Source: Klebsormidium nitens
Lineage: Eukaryota; Plantae; Klebsormidiophyceae
Assembly: GCA_000708835.1 (NCBI GenBank)
Contig: DF237027.1
Location: 169,188-233,187, forward strand
Direction of reading: 5' to 3'
DNA length: 64,000 nucleotides
Shown: piece after piece, positions 11,901 through 25,441 of the stretch
How the letters are laid out: every line of letters starts with the position of its first letter
Numbering within the stretch: position 1 is the first letter of the stretch
Translations under genes and position numbers: made by a program
The notes under the pieces: model-generated
What the model was told of the DNA's origin: nothing
What the model saw: only the letters and a program-made list of their open reading frames with translations
The model's database searches: none

Positions 11901-14900
11901 CCCTTTGGAACCCTCAGCAAACAATGGAATCTAGTGAAAAGAACTGGCCGCATGTGGAGCATCCTCGATGAGCTGCAGCTTCTTCAACTTCTGAAAGACT
12001 ACATCGGATGCGAAGGGGTCATGAAACGTCAACAGATGGCCCACATTCAGAACACAGGCCGCCAGAGTCGTAAAATTGGCTTCAAACAGTGCAAGACACC
12101 ACGAACCTGATACAGCGGATATCACAATTTGACAGACTAGGGACCTGAGATCAAACTGAGCCCTATCGGACAAGTTCCAGGAACGGAAGTGCCGACTGGA
12201 GATACCAGGACTTATTGGAATGACAAGCAGTCTCTCGACGGAACTCTGCAACAAGCAACAACAGGCCAACAACCAACAAGACCTGCTTGATAAAGCAAAA
12301 GATACACTCAGATACATTCAACCATACGTCTCTTCGACGTAAGAAGCCTAGTCCCCCACTTCCTCACCTTTTTGAGCACCTTCTCGAGGTTCTTCTTGCC
12401 GCCCTTCTTGGCGGCCTGCGCGGCCAGCAGCGCCTGCGCCTCGGCCTCCTCCTTCTCCGCAATCTCGGCCTTGATGCGCTCCTCCTGCCGCCGGTGCGCG
12501 TCCTGCGCCTGACGCTTGCGCTCCGCCTCGTGCGCCAGCGCCTCCTTCTGCAACCGCTTCTCCTCTTCCAGACGCTCCTGGCAGGGTCAAGGAAAGCGGG
12601 TTAGGTCGAGGAACCAACGCAAGGAACCAAGCAAGGGTCGACAAAGAATAATGGAGGGATCAAAGAAGCAGGTTAGATGAATCACATTGGATTGCACTAC
12701 AGAGCCAACGCAAGGCTTGACAGCAGTTTCATAATGGCAAAAGAAAGTCTTGACAAAGTCTTGACTGCTGAGCAACCGCCCCTCTTACATCTGTTTCTGT
12801 ACACACATGGCAAGCAGGGAACCAACGCAACCAGACAAACCAAATGATAAGAGGCTAACAGAAGACCGACAAGTTTGAGAAACCACTACAGCGGACTTGG
12901 GTTACGAAAACGAAGTGAAACAGGCTAAGTACTCGGTTGCAGAACTGCAAGTGGACCAGGCTGACTGCTTCACAGAGGATGGAAAACTCCTAGCCTGCTT
13001 GATGACGCAACTTACGGCCTCCGGTGCACACACCAACCCAATTCAGGGCCTTTGTTCAAACCCTCACAGCAAATGACGAGGACCAGAGGGGCGTCGTCAA
13101 AACACGGGGAGCCGCACGAGAAAAAGTCAAGCCCGGCGCACCTGCTCGAGCGCGCTCCGCTCGGCATCCTCCTTGCGCCGCTCGATGATGACCTTGCGCA
13201 CAAGCGCCAGCTTGTGTTCCTTGAGGATGCGCTCGCTCAGCTCCGCCACGCTGCGCGCCTTACCCTTGCCCTTGTCGTCCGCAGCCTCCGGGTGGATTAG
13301 GCTGACGGCCTTGTTCAGGCGGCGGGCAAGAATCACCAGGTGGTTCTTGATGCGGTCAGACTCGAGGTCCTGCAAAAACCATGGCCTCGGGAGGATTGAT
13401 CACCAGTGCAGTGGGTTCTCGAGGCGCCTTTCTGAAGGAGCCAATGAGAAACAGCAACTAAAAGTAATGCGCCCTAAAATCCCTGTTCCAAGACCTTGCG
13501 AGTCGGTCATGGGCGGTTTGGCAGTTGAACTGCACGTGCATCTAGATTCAAACTATCGGCAGCACTGAGGAATCACCACAAATAAAAGCAAGAGCAAGTC
13601 TGTTCTCCGCAAAGCTCTGGAGTCGGTACGACCAAGCCAGGGAAAAGCGGATCCAACACTGGACGGATGTCCTGGCTCGATTGGGCCCTCAGATATACGC
13701 ACAACAACCAGAATTGCACCCGGATAGAAAGCCTATTCTTGTACCCAGAATCGCAGGTAAAAACAAAGTGGTGCAGAGGGAAGCGGCAATACCTGGATGC
13801 CAAATCGGACGGTGCCCATTTTGTGGTCGATCTTGGCGGGGAGGAAGCCGTACTTGATGGCGTCCACGGCCACCTTCTCAATGTAGCCAAAGTCGCCGAA
13901 AGGAATCAGCTTGCACAGGTGCGTGATGCGGACAGTCTGGTACACGGACGACAGCTGCAGCACAGAGGGGGCAAGAGACTGAGAAGGCGCAAGAACAGGC
14001 CGACTTGATAAGATGTACAAATGCGACAGAAATAGGTTCACTTAATGGAGGAAATCGGCCAGATCGTTCCTACCAAAGGACGGGCGCTCATTACAACGAA
14101 GCCCCTTGTCTTGAAAGCAGATTTTGGCAGTTTTTAATGTCAACACATGACATGGTCAATACCTTGCAGTAAGGCTTAAAGAGTCTGCTGAGACACTAAA
14201 AACAGGAATCAGTCTCCGAGTGTCGCTACTGGGACTGCTGCAAGACTCCATATGCTGATCTCTCCACACTCCGGCTCCAATGTCCTGCCACTTGCCAGTT
14301 TGACCTAGAATCCGCTTCGTCAGTGTTTGTGCTCCTTTGAACATGTCCCTCCAGCAAAACAACCAAACACTGACACAACAGCAACGACATCATCATTGTA
14401 CTTCAAGGTCGTTTCGCAAAAAGGTCGTTCTTTCTGCCATCAAGGAAGACCAGTGAACGTACCTGAGCTAGCAGCTTAGCGGTGGTGACCTTCTGCAACG
14501 CAGCCACGTACTCCTGGGGGCGAACCTCCGGGACCGGCGACGCTGGCGAGAGCGAGTCGCCAATGTCAGCGAGCTTTGCCAAAAGGGGCTCCAAGCGAGT
14601 AGCCAGATCCAGCGGGTGGAACTCCGTCTCGAGCAGCGAGTAGAGGTCCTTGACTTCTTGAGGGACATATGCGAGGAGGCCCTTGGAGACGATCTCGGAG
14701 AGGAGCGCAGAGCGGGACAGCTGCAGGGCAAAACCGGAGGGGTGAGCAGGAGCTAGAAGCGCAGAAGATAGGAGAGAGGATTGACAAAAGGCGATATAAG
14801 AGGCAGAGGGGTCGACGCTGTAGTAAAGCCAATTCTGGAGTGATCGCTGGCAAGGCTTAGCAATCAAGTCCCCTTGAGGATCTCCGCCCTGACAGGTGGA

Positions 14901-17900
14901 CGAATGATGACTTGGGAACAAAACAGTGCAGTCTTTATGAGCCGACAAGCTTCTGCCAAGAAGGCAACCGAACTACTGCTGGGATGTATGCCCTTGGGAA
15001 GGGCTTCATCGGAGGACAACAAAGCTGATTTCTTACCTGACGTCAGAAACACTCATTGGCAGACACAGCCTGCTAAGATGATTATAGACAACAAACGCCA
15101 TAAGCAGCAGCTCTCACCGCGGGCACCGCCTCCTTCTTCAGGTCGAAGCTGAACGTGAGCAGGCTGCCCATCCTCTGGCTCTTCTCCTTCTCCAGCTCAT
15201 TCTCAAAGTGACCCGCCCCGAACTTGCGGTCAAACGGCTCGATCGCCAGGGTGGCGAGCACCACGGCAGATGCCATGAGCTGCTGGTCCTTGGCGGTGAG
15301 GTTCTTGTTGTAGTTGCGCTGCAGGTTGTACAGCTTGTACCACGTGTACGCATGGTACAGGTGGCTGCCCGCAACCTGTCGTGAAAAGAGGCAAGTGAGG
15401 TTAAGGTCATCAGGGGAGCGTCTTTTAGAAGTAAGTCGCGACTTCTTGCACAAATACAGAGGTCACAAATAGGCACTGCAAGTGAAGGAATGCTTCTCTG
15501 CAACACAGAAAAAGGCAGCTGCTGCTGGTAAGTGTGGCCAGGTATTGATAACCATGCTACAATTGTCAATGACAGCATTGCAGGCATTTGTCATGAAAGT
15601 CAGGCCTTGAGCACGCAAAAAAATGGAAGTAAAGTTAGGTTCCTTCATCATGAGAAAGACTCCAGAAAGAGTCCTGAACCTCAGACACACATTAAACCTT
15701 GTCCTCATACACAAAGAGTAAACTGACAACACCTTATAAAAGAGTGTAATGATTTACGAACTTCTCAGAACTCTGCATTCGTGGCAAATCTCCAGAGCTG
15801 GCATCCTCCAAAAGTCACACAACATACTAACACCAAATCTTCCAAAACCTTCCAGCAAGGGAACACCAAGAAACCCGATCCCCAGGCACAGGCTTTTCCT
15901 ACCCAATATTAGCAAAGTCGTAAAGCCTCGCACCTGGAAGATCTTGGTCAGCTTGGCGTAGTACGCCGCCATCAACTGCGGCTTGGGGACCTTCTTCACA
16001 AGCGACATCAGCCCGTGGATGTCCTCCACCGAGCGGAACGCCTCCTGCCACAGCTCCAGTTCGGTCGCAACCTTGAGCTGCTCAAAGCGGGTCTCAGTGT
16101 ACAGCTGGAGGGTTTCGGGGAGGGACAGCTCGGGGCGGTCCCTCTGGTCGCGGTACTTGTTGAGGTTGGTCAGGTGGTTCCGCAGGATCTCGCACAGCCG
16201 CCGGAACTCGGTCGTGCGCTTGTACTGGAGGCAGAATTGGAACGCCTTGTGGGCCGTCATCTGCAGCCGAGGAAGCGGGGAGTGAGCAATTGGAGCAATT
16301 AAGCAATTGAAAGTGCAAGAGAAGAACGTTTCTGAAGAATCTGTCATCTACTACGGGCCATCGCATGCAAAGGCCCTGATTACTGAAATGAAGCAGGATG
16401 TAATCCGTGAGCCACAGCATGACCAGGAGAGGAGCACTGAACAGTTGGTTCACATCACGGAAGAATTGGGCATGTCCAGCATCGCATCCAAATAAAGGAC
16501 AGATATTGTCCAAAGTGGATTGCAAGACATCCCCCCTTCAAACCCCCAACTTCACGATTGCAAGTTGGATTGAGGGTCCAAAATCGCTTCTTTCTTGTGC
16601 TGTTAGAGAAACTCACAACCTTCCCGCAAGACGAACGACGGCTCTTCTGAACAAGGCACCTTATTGAACGGGTGCACTCCACCCACCTTGTTCAATCCCA
16701 CAAGTTTTTGAACTCAAACATTGCAGCAGATAACTAAAAGTTGCATTCAAGTCACTTCATCCGAGCCAAGCACACGCCAACATGCACAACAGAGACAAAC
16801 CCTCACCGCGTACAGCGACTCCAGCTTTGAGTTGTTCCTCAGGATCTCCAGGCACGTCCTGTACGTCTCCCACAGGAACTTGAACCACGGCGTGACGAGC
16901 TCCCTGTCATTCCGCTCCTTGCCCTTCTCCGCACTGACGTACGACAGCATCAGATCCTCGGGCCGCTTCTCTGCCTCCAGGTCATCAACATCGAGCACCA
17001 CCTCCGCAGCCGCAGCCTGCGCCTGCTCCGCTCTTTCCGTGGACAGCTTCAAAAAGTATTTGATGACCTCTTCCAAGGAGTTGACGTTGACTTGCTGGCA
17101 GACGATCCGGTACTGGATGAGTCCGTCCTTGGCGAAGCGCCCCTTGCGCATGTCGACGCACAATTCGACGTACTTGAACATGATGCGCTCCAGGGGCTTC
17201 TGCCATGCACGATGGCGCTTGGACGTGATGAGGTCGTGCAGCGCCTGCAGCGCGGCCTGCTTCTGGCCGACATTGACCAGCTCTGCAGAGTAAAGAGTGG
17301 TGTTTTTGAGAGGTAATCACTTGGCAATATGTATTCTGCGTGAATCTCACAGTGAGAAGCAAGGACTGATCAATGACAGAGTGCTCGAGAAAAGGCTTCA
17401 AGTGCATCATGAGTATCAGCACAAAGAACTCGACAATTTCAAAATGGGTTAATTCCAAACAAGGGGCCGAAACCTTCGTACAATTGCTCGGAGACAGACG
17501 GACAGATGTCTGCCGTTTGAATTTCACAAACCACTCTTATGCATCAGAATCATGACCATTGAGACACCAAACATTTAAACTGCAGCAAGCAATATTGGCA
17601 ATTGCTGAGAATGTAGGAGCTATCGCAGTGGCAATGCTTGACTGAGCAGCCATAGCTCGCATATGAACACCACTCCAATGGAGTGATAATGGTTTGTTTG
17701 ATGGCCTCGTCAGTACATCCGCCAAGTGATGGCGTTGAAAGGTTGAAACTATCGAAACCATTACCAACCCAGCTTTCAAAAGCTACTTGAGCAGACTCAA
17801 CTCTGGCACACAGTCCGTTGATATGTTTCTGACTAACAATTGACCTTAATAGGCCCTCAGCACAATTGAAAGTCCACTGGAACTCAAGCCTTCGTCATAG

Positions 17901-18213
17901 AGACCGCTCTTCAAACCCCACCCTCAGAGACAGAGTTGCCTTGCATTGATTGGTTCAACCCTTGCGCTTCTGATATGAATACACAACATTCTGCTACAAG
18001 GCTTCTACCATTGGCGTTGATTTTGGTGATAAGCATTTCACTGCATACAATTCAGGCATTCTAAAAAAATCCATACATAGATGAAGGCAAGGATGGCTTT
18101 TGTTTGAACGCATCACTTGATGACAAGGATAAACTTCCCACCGGATCCCTTGAGTCAAAGCGCTTACCTTCAGCGCGCTTGAGAGCATTCTCCGGCTTTG
18201 CAAAAGTCGACAT
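8996..18213 (-). CDS. eIF3a: Eukaryotic translation initiation factor 3 subunit A (PCI domain, coiled-coil region, DP/GG-rich tail)
   Basis: Exons in minus order: 18213-18168, 17282-16807, 16260-15934, 15375-15118, 14720-14463, 13954-13793, 13369-13142, 12577-12368, 11822-11610, 10953-10671, 10311-10126, 9393-8996. All introns GT-AG and all phases compatible; 3045 nt = 1014 aa. Begins [27 protein letters not shown] and contains [20 protein letters not shown] and [16 protein letters not shown], canonical eIF3a sequence. Confidence 0.97.
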
Positions 18214-18599
18214 GTCTGCGGACCTTCAGACAATCACGGGCGCACCGGCCAGTTTTATCCTACTATCCACTCCTTGACACCTTGGCGACTCAATTGCACA
18301 AGAAGTTGGGGCACCTGATTGGCTCAATCTGTCCAACGTCTTCGTCCTCCTCAGACGCAAGTCAAACACTACCAATGCGCCTTGAGCGGGCGCCAAGGCC
18401 AACACACTTCAAGTTTGACTCTCAGTCTGATGAGCTGCTCGCGCCAACTTTGTTGTGGACAGCTTCCTTGCACTGACAGCTTGACACTACCTTGCGCGAT
18501 GAATTTGTGGCCAATCCAGGTTAAGATGCAAAGCATCGACAGTGTCAAAGAAGACGACAGAAAGCCAGCCTAAGGGTCTGTGACACTATAGCTAATACC

Positions 18600-19207
18600 T
18601 TAATACTAATAGGTCTAACAATACGGGTCAGGGAGACATGGTGCCAAGTTTCGGGCCCAGCTTGCTCAAAATCTTTGTCGTGCTATGAATCAGCCTCAAG
18701 CCTCAGCCTCAAGCCTGTGTGATGCTCTGCCTCTGCCACTGGTCAACCACTGGTGCCAGTCCTTCCCTGAAGAGAGACGCGCAAAGGCATGGGAGCTTTA
18801 TAGGAGGAGAGGGGGCCAGAAGGGCGAGGGATAGGAACTTGGAGTCTAAAGGCCGGATCAAATTGCAGAAATTGGTCGAATCAGCAAGCATCACGGGCAG
18901 CAGATCCTAGGCGGCCCAATCGTGAAACTCAGAGCGGCCAGTGTTGAGCGTCTTTGTGCAAGGATAGGTACTCTGCTTCCGTTCACTCAGCAAGACCTTA
19001 ATACGTAGAAGGCAGATTACGGTTCCCCCCTTTTCAAGGTTCTCAAGCTCAGATCAATCTCTCGGGGGTTAGGGTTTTGGCTTTGCATGCCCTACTCACA
19101 CGAATTTGTGCGCTGAACGCTGACCTAAACTTGAGCATTACAGACGTTCATCATCAGGTAGAACTGCAGATCCATTGGTCTTGAAAACACCGATTGCCTC
19201 ATCCAGC
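18600..19207. promoter_or_regulatory. Candidate bidirectional promoter for eIF3a and the Ac45-like gene, with site II and telo-box motifs
   Basis: Head-to-head ATGs at 18213(-) and 19208(+). GGCCCA (site II) at 18654-18659 and 18913-18918. TAGGGTTT (telo-box AAACCCTA, reversed) at 19070-19077. This motif pair is established for plant translation-machinery genes. Probable 5'-UTR introns on both sides (ccgcag|acATG at 18216; aactgcag at 19169). Confidence 0.5.
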
Positions 19208-22200
19208 ATGGAAGGGAGGGGGGTTTTGGTATTGATTGTTGGCCTGTCTCTTCTGGGGACTTTCCAGACAGCTCAGAGTAGTGGGGTCCAGGAGAATTCC
19301 CTCTTTCTTCCAGCTTTCCTGTGGTCTGACCAGAGGTAAGATTTGGGCAAACCGCAATTCTCACATTCTTCATCGTCAGCTTTTCCTGCTCGTAATTTTG
19401 TATTTAGGAACCTGCACTCTCGGCTTTGATGTGCACCATCTTGCAGAACGTCGTGTCGCAGCTTCGATTACTTCAGGCAGCTTGTATCAAACCAATCTTC
19501 GAAAGCAGTCTGTCCACGAAAGAGTTTGCGGCAGTATCTGAAAGGTGGACTTCGCGCTTTTATGATGCTGGCTTGTATCTTTTATCAAAGGTCCCAAATC
19601 TGGCTTGCATCCATTGGCATTGTGTATGCTTCGTCGATTACGCCCGGGATGTCTTGCCACAATGAAGGTGATCTGGAGCAATGTTTCTGTGGATTCTCAG
19701 GCTTAATTGTCCTTTTTTCTAATTCTTGCCTGGGCTGCTCTTGCCAACCACCTCCAATTGTCAGCCTTTCAGCAGCTGTTGGGAGTCTTTAGCCCTTGCT
19801 GGATTCAAGTGAACCTGTAAGCTGAATCAGAGTACCTACAACTGAGCAACAGGAAGTTGACTTGTGTACAATTGTCCTGCTACAGTTACTTCGATGGAAC
19901 TCATCACACCAAGTATGAGACGATGCCAGCCGAATCCGTCATGAAGGGATTGCTACATGGCCTGGTTCAAGCCTCCAACAACACCGTTCTTGATGCAAGG
20001 CAGCCGTCGTTGCTCCTCGTCTTTGTTGGCCAACAGGTATGATATCTTGACAGTGAATCATCCACTTTGCTTAATCTTCAACTTTGCGTGAATATTAGTT
20101 TCTTGGATTGTGAGTGGGACATTAGTGGCAGAAAGTTGAGAGCAACTTACCATAGTTATCAAGCAATTAGGTTCTCTTTCGTGTTGCTAAGAGGCCCTGC
20201 CTCAGAAGAGCTATGCCTGAAAGGATGCATGCCGAGTCTCGTTTAAGAATTCGGAACCCAATATTTGACATTTTGCGCTCCATCACAGATTCGCACCAAG
20301 CATCTTGGAGGGCCAGAATCGATTGAGAGTGCCCTCGCTCCTTTGAAGGTATGTCTCCTGCAAATGTACACTGTTGGCCTGGCATTCTCAAGAACGCACG
20401 CAGCACTATCTGTCCGCCCTTGCAGGGCTAATTGATCACGTTACGGAGCCTTCAGCTTCCACCGTTGTGTTTTCTTTGACCTGGATCATTGAGCGCGCTG
20501 AGCAAAGTCAAACCTTCTGAGCTGCTCTGCCAGGATTCTTCTAACCACTCTTTACCGAGCTTATCACTGTCGGCCCCCCCCCTTCTACAGAAAGCGCTGG
20601 GTGACTCTCAGTCCTCCCTCGTCCTTCCCTACGTCACGCTATCCACCAAGCGGGCCCATCTGGCAGTTGCGCTCCAGCAGGGGCTGAGCCGTGCAGCGTA
20701 TCAAGGGGCGCGGATAGGACAAGTCGCAATCGCTGGGCCCTGTGCAGCGGCCCTTGCTGAGACCGAGTTAATCAGCACTGCCGAAGTCAGGGTGAGAAAT
20801 TTTGCTTTGGCACGCCTCGTCTGGCGCATGTGTCCTGAAACATTTTCTGTACCGTGCTCCTGCTTTATGAGCTCCCATTCAATCGTTTTGGCAAAGGTCC
20901 GCAGTCAAAGGTTGTCTGGCCAAGGTCAACGGAGTTTTGCGTAGAGGGCTACTGAGCGACGAGCTTGGTCTTGATCTGCATTAATGAAAGGACGAACGTA
21001 TCAAAGCTTGAAGTTTGAGATGCAAGATTTTGATAAAGTAACCTCTTGTGCTTCGCCAATGTTATCGTCTCTGATAAGTACCATGCTAGATTATTGGAAA
21101 GACCCAGTATTTCAGGGCTGCTCGTCGTCAAAAGCTTGCTTTTGGACGGATTATAAGCTCGTCTCGTGCTACTTCTCGCTCACTTCCATAGAACCTGTAT
21201 CTCCTCTTAGCCGAAGGTTGAAGTGCAAGTCTATTAGAAAGGTATGCGGACATGGCTAAGCACCTGTTCATCTGCTGTTCTCAATGTCCAGAAACTGAAA
21301 AAATTTACCGTTGCTGCAGGCTTACCTGGGGAAGCGGGCAGACGAGAGAGAGGCCGGCTCCACTGATGTCCTCGTTGTGTGCTCCTCTGCGGCTGCTGGG
21401 GATGCCTCATCAGAGGCAGATTGCCTGGTCAGCGAAGGTGAGCGTCAAGCCCTATCTATGCTTGTAGGAGGATGCTTCTCTTTTTCATGCACGAGTCAGT
21501 GTCTCCGGCTCGATGTATCTCCACCCTGACAGATTGTTCGGGTTCTGACATGACGCTCTAGACTTGATGGAGGCTTTTGACGTTTTCCCTGAGTCTTGAA
21601 GTCCACAATGAGGTTGCAGCATCGGACACGCTGTTTCCCTACAGTTTTAGCGGATAGCATGGCAGCAGATATGGCAGCCTCTTCACAGAGGGTCAAGCTA
21701 CTGCACAAGGTTTCAAAAGGCCAATTTAGCCGTGTCTTCCTGAGGCATGGAAACGAAGCAAGACTTTCCGTGTTCTGGAGATCAACTGAGGCCGACTGCA
21801 ATCCTTTCCACGGTTTAATCCTTATTCGTTTACCTACCCAAATCCAATAAGAACTCTGCGACCAGCCAGTCCGTACCAGCGCTGGAATCCTGAGTGCAAT
21901 TTGAGATTTTGGACGGATTCTTGAAGAGTCAAGGAGGTCTCAACGACAACTTGATTTAGAGTCCCCCGAATTGTCAAGTCGGAACGTTTTTTCCCTCGTC
22001 TATTTGCTCATAGCCGCCCCTCCTGCTGCAGTGGCCGAAATGGCCGAAGTCCACGAGGCTGTTAAGGAGACCACCTCAGACTATTTGGCGGCATACCTCA
22101 CCGACCCGTCAGATGGGACACGGCTCGGCCGCACGCACCGGGTCCTGCAAGCTCTCAATGAAGACCCCGCAGCGGGGAATGCTACCACTTGTAACGAGCT

Positions 22201-22564
22201 GTGCAAGACGAAGGCCGTCATCATCGAGACCGCTCTCATTGTGAGTATTTATCCGAAAGATCATAAGGCTGAGTCTGTCTTGGAGACCTTCCTTTCGTCC
22301 GTTGCATTGAGAACGATCAATAGCTAACCAGTCTGATCGCACTTGCCGCGGGAGCGTATTCGATCCATCATGGTCTTGATTTAAATCATTGTTCAGAGAC
22401 TTCTGTCGAGTCGTGTCGTTGTTATCCTGCCTTTGTTGCCTCTAGTCCTGATGGACCTCTCCTTCCTTTGACAGGGCCTTCTTCTGATCGTGATCTTGTT
22501 GTGCGGTCTGAGCTGCGAGTTCCAGTTGGACACCCCTACCAAGTTCGAAGTTGCAAGGGATTGA
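19208..22564 (+). CDS. V-ATPase accessory subunit Ac45/VOA1-like (plant At3g13410-type) single-pass membrane protein
   Basis: Exons 19208-19335, 19886-20036, ~20534-20791, 21320-21437, 22032-22240, 22475-22564; phases compatible; ~317 aa. Signal peptide followed by PAFLWS, LLVFVG, SLVLPYV, TDVLVVC, GNATTCNELCKTKAVIIETALI, a TM helix and DTPTKFE. These match the plant family as I recall it. The exon 3 acceptor is slightly uncertain. Confidence 0.88.
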
Positions 22565-24178
22565 GGTTAGTGGCCTGCTGAAGAGAGGGCTATTGGCAGT
22601 GATAGTCCGTATCTGGACGCCGTGCGGCTTTGCTCTGCAATCGTACTCCCACAGTCTGCTCAGCAGTAGGGGAAGCATCGCATCACCAGTCACGAGCAGT
22701 GGAAATTTGTATAGAAGCAGAGAAGCGTAGATGTCTCAGAACCCTTTCATTAGTTGACGTATACTCTCTGAAATGAGAATGCTCTCTTCTTTTCCTTATA
22801 TGACTCCAGCTGTATCGTCTTTACCATGAGCCGAGTAAGTCGAGGCTCGACCTTTGGTCTTGGTAACACCTTTTGTGAAATGCTCGCGCGTCGTGCTCCA
22901 CAACTTGATTAGCAGGCTGTCAGGCAACTTGTTGAGGCCAGAGCGAGAGCCAGGCCAGGCCCTTCGTACCCCTTCCGTTGATTGAGGTGTTGGATCATGC
23001 AACACTTGACATTCTCAGGGTGGTCACCCGAATGTCGGAAGGTGAGATTGAGAACTCGAATTTTGCATGTACCCTTGTCTAATGAACCAATCACCCCTCG
23101 TAAGAGATGCCACAATCAGTGTGCTGATGGATTGGAATGGAACAAGCGATATAGCAGCTCATGGTCGGGCCCTTGCAACCATTTTATGCCGCGGTCATTT
23201 GCATACGCCAAGCTCTAGAGGTTGCCATGCTTGGACGTTTAATCTTGATGCATGCAGCTCCCGCATGGCTCCTCTATCGTAGAGCTGCAATCGTTTGTGT
23301 TCTGCGGCTGCAACCATGCACTGAGCCTGATCGTATTATCATTTGAACGGACCCGGGCCGCCCTATGGGCGGCCATGCATGCCAGAGATATAAACGTTCC
23401 GAGTAGTGAGTATATATCTAGGTCATGGCGGCACCGTCGCAGCCCTGGCATGACCCTTATGCACTGAGTACTATAACGAACGTACCGTCATGAGGTGCCA
23501 GCACTCAGAATGCAGCTGTACGGTATGGAAAGCTAGCCTCAGTGCTCGTCGCACATGTGCAACTAGTTGTGCATATCCGCGGGCATGTCAACGGGCCGGA
23601 TGATGCACATGTATATAGCTTCGGACCGTCTGGCACATATGCACGCAGCCATACGTGTACATAACTGATTTCGATTGCTTCGTCTGCAGCACGTACATAT
23701 ATGCACTGTGCTAGGGCGGCCGCCGTTACATACATGCATGCCATATGGACTAAACAATGCATCCGATCCTCAAAATCATTTTCAAGTTTGCTGTCATTTA
23801 TACTAACATGAATTTATAACGGCCCTACACAGTCACTTTGTTCCGTTAGACTAGCTAGTAGACCATCAACTTACTTAAGGCAGATTGGATCCGACAGACC
23901 CGCGCATCAGTTGGCCATTCTAAGAGTTTCAACATAAACTTTGGTCACTTGTTCGGACATGATGCGCATCAGTTCCAATGATGTATTGCTTGAACATTTC
24001 ACTACCGGTATGTACAACAGTTAAGGATCTGCCATTGCACGTTTCTGCAGAGCACCAGATGGACCAATGATCTCTCGAGAGATGCCAGAGATGAAACACT
24101 TACAATTGAGGAGTCTGTCAACTTGTGGCTTCAGAGTAGTTGCTTAAGCTTGGAGCCGTTGAGGCAAGCCACAATAAC

Positions 24179-25441
24179 TTAGCTACCTTGCTTCTGGCAA
24201 ACTTCCTTGTGAGCAAGTTTCCACGCCTCCTTCTGGCACTCTCTACTACAATATGCTGTGAGCTTACATTGGCTGCACATTCTGAATTCCCTCGAGCGGG
24301 TCTCAAACTGCTTGCAACCAGCTTTTGAGCACTTCCTAGGAGGCTCTGGATGAATTGGATCTTCCTTGGGGGAACAACTGCAAGGTATGCTTGGCTCTTG
24401 GGTTGGGGGAGAAAGGGGTGCAAATGCATGTCCCAAGCATATCTTCTTTCCTTGGGTCGCGTAAATCTGAGAAAGAGCTTTAGACCGCTCTAAAGCAGAG
24501 GCGCTTCGACGGGCCTCCTCTTGTACAAGGAGCTCTTGTTGCTCAGTCAAGCCACCTACCAAGACACGATCATACTCCTCTAGTTCTATCACCACCCCTC
24601 CCTTGGCTTGTAAGTTCGTCCAGACAACTGCGCGGCCTAGGTGACGAGCAAAGGTGGCAGCATTGGCGCAGACAACCAGGGCCTTGGCAGAATCAACTAG
24701 CAGCGGCTCACCACAAAATTGTGAGCGGTAGGTTACGAAGTGGGCGGCAGCTATTCTACCCATGAACTTTATCGCATACTCAATCTCGTACCGTGACGAA
24801 CTCCTGCTCAACACTCTGGTCAGAACTTTAAGGCAGTCCGCAGCGATCTTTTCGAACGTGCTAGTCGGGGCAAGCGGAGGAACATGCTGGAACACAGCGA
24901 AGGCCCTGATCACATAATCCTCGCGGTTGGGATCTCCAAGACTGTCCAGGATCCGTCGTAAGAGACGGCTGAGAAACCCATCGAGCCTCGCAATCTTCCG
25001 CCGTGCTTGCTCCGACCAGACCAAAATGAGGGTTAGCACCCCCAGAATCTTCATCCCAGAATCGTAGACCACCATCTCAGGAAGACCCCCCATGCCGTCC
25101 GGAAAGCGAACGCTCTCCATCCGGTACACCTTTGACAGGGTTTCGAGCAGGCCCGGCGCATGGTGCAGAATGAACTTTATCGTCCTCGTGTCGTGGACCA
25201 GTCTCTTGAGAAGGCATGTGTACAAAACCACCTTGTTTATTGGCTCGTCTGCGCGCCCGGTCGTGCGTGCCTCCAGCACCTCCACCCAGTCCCCCCTGGC
25301 AGCCGTTTCTAACCCGGAAACGACCACCGGCAGAAACCCATTCTCCAGCATAAAGATTGCCGCCCCGATCGCATTGTCAACACGGCCTAGCAACTGCAAA
25401 GGGTCCGGAAGCGCATCTGCCAGCTCTTTGAGCGCAAGCAA
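24179..25441 (-). CDS. MYND-type zinc-finger protein with a helical (ARM-like) N-terminal region; 5' end unresolved
   Basis: 420-codon ORF ending CSKAGC...CSQCKLTAYCSRECQKEAWKLAHKEVC (MYND C/H pattern). First in-frame ATG is at 25351; an upstream exon is possible (accag|T at ~25452). Confidence 0.85.
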   Translation of the reverse strand: MLALKELADALPDPLQLLGRVDNAIGAAIFMLENGFLPVVVSGLETAARGDWVEVLEARTTGRADEPINKVVLYTCLLKRLVHDTRTIKFILHHAPGLLETLSKVYRMESVRFPDGMGGLPEMVVYDSGMKILGVLTLILVWSEQARRKIARLDGFLSRLLRRILDSLGDPNREDYVIRAFAVFQHVPPLAPTSTFEKIAADCLKVLTRVLSRSSSRYEIEYAIKFMGRIAAAHFVTYRSQFCGEPLLVDSAKALVVCANAATFARHLGRAVVWTNLQAKGGVVIELEEYDRVLVGGLTEQQELLVQEEARRSASALERSKALSQIYATQGKKICLGHAFAPLSPPTQEPSIPCSCSPKEDPIHPEPPRKCSKAGCKQFETRSREFRMCSQCKLTAYCSRECQKEAWKLAHKEVCQKQGS

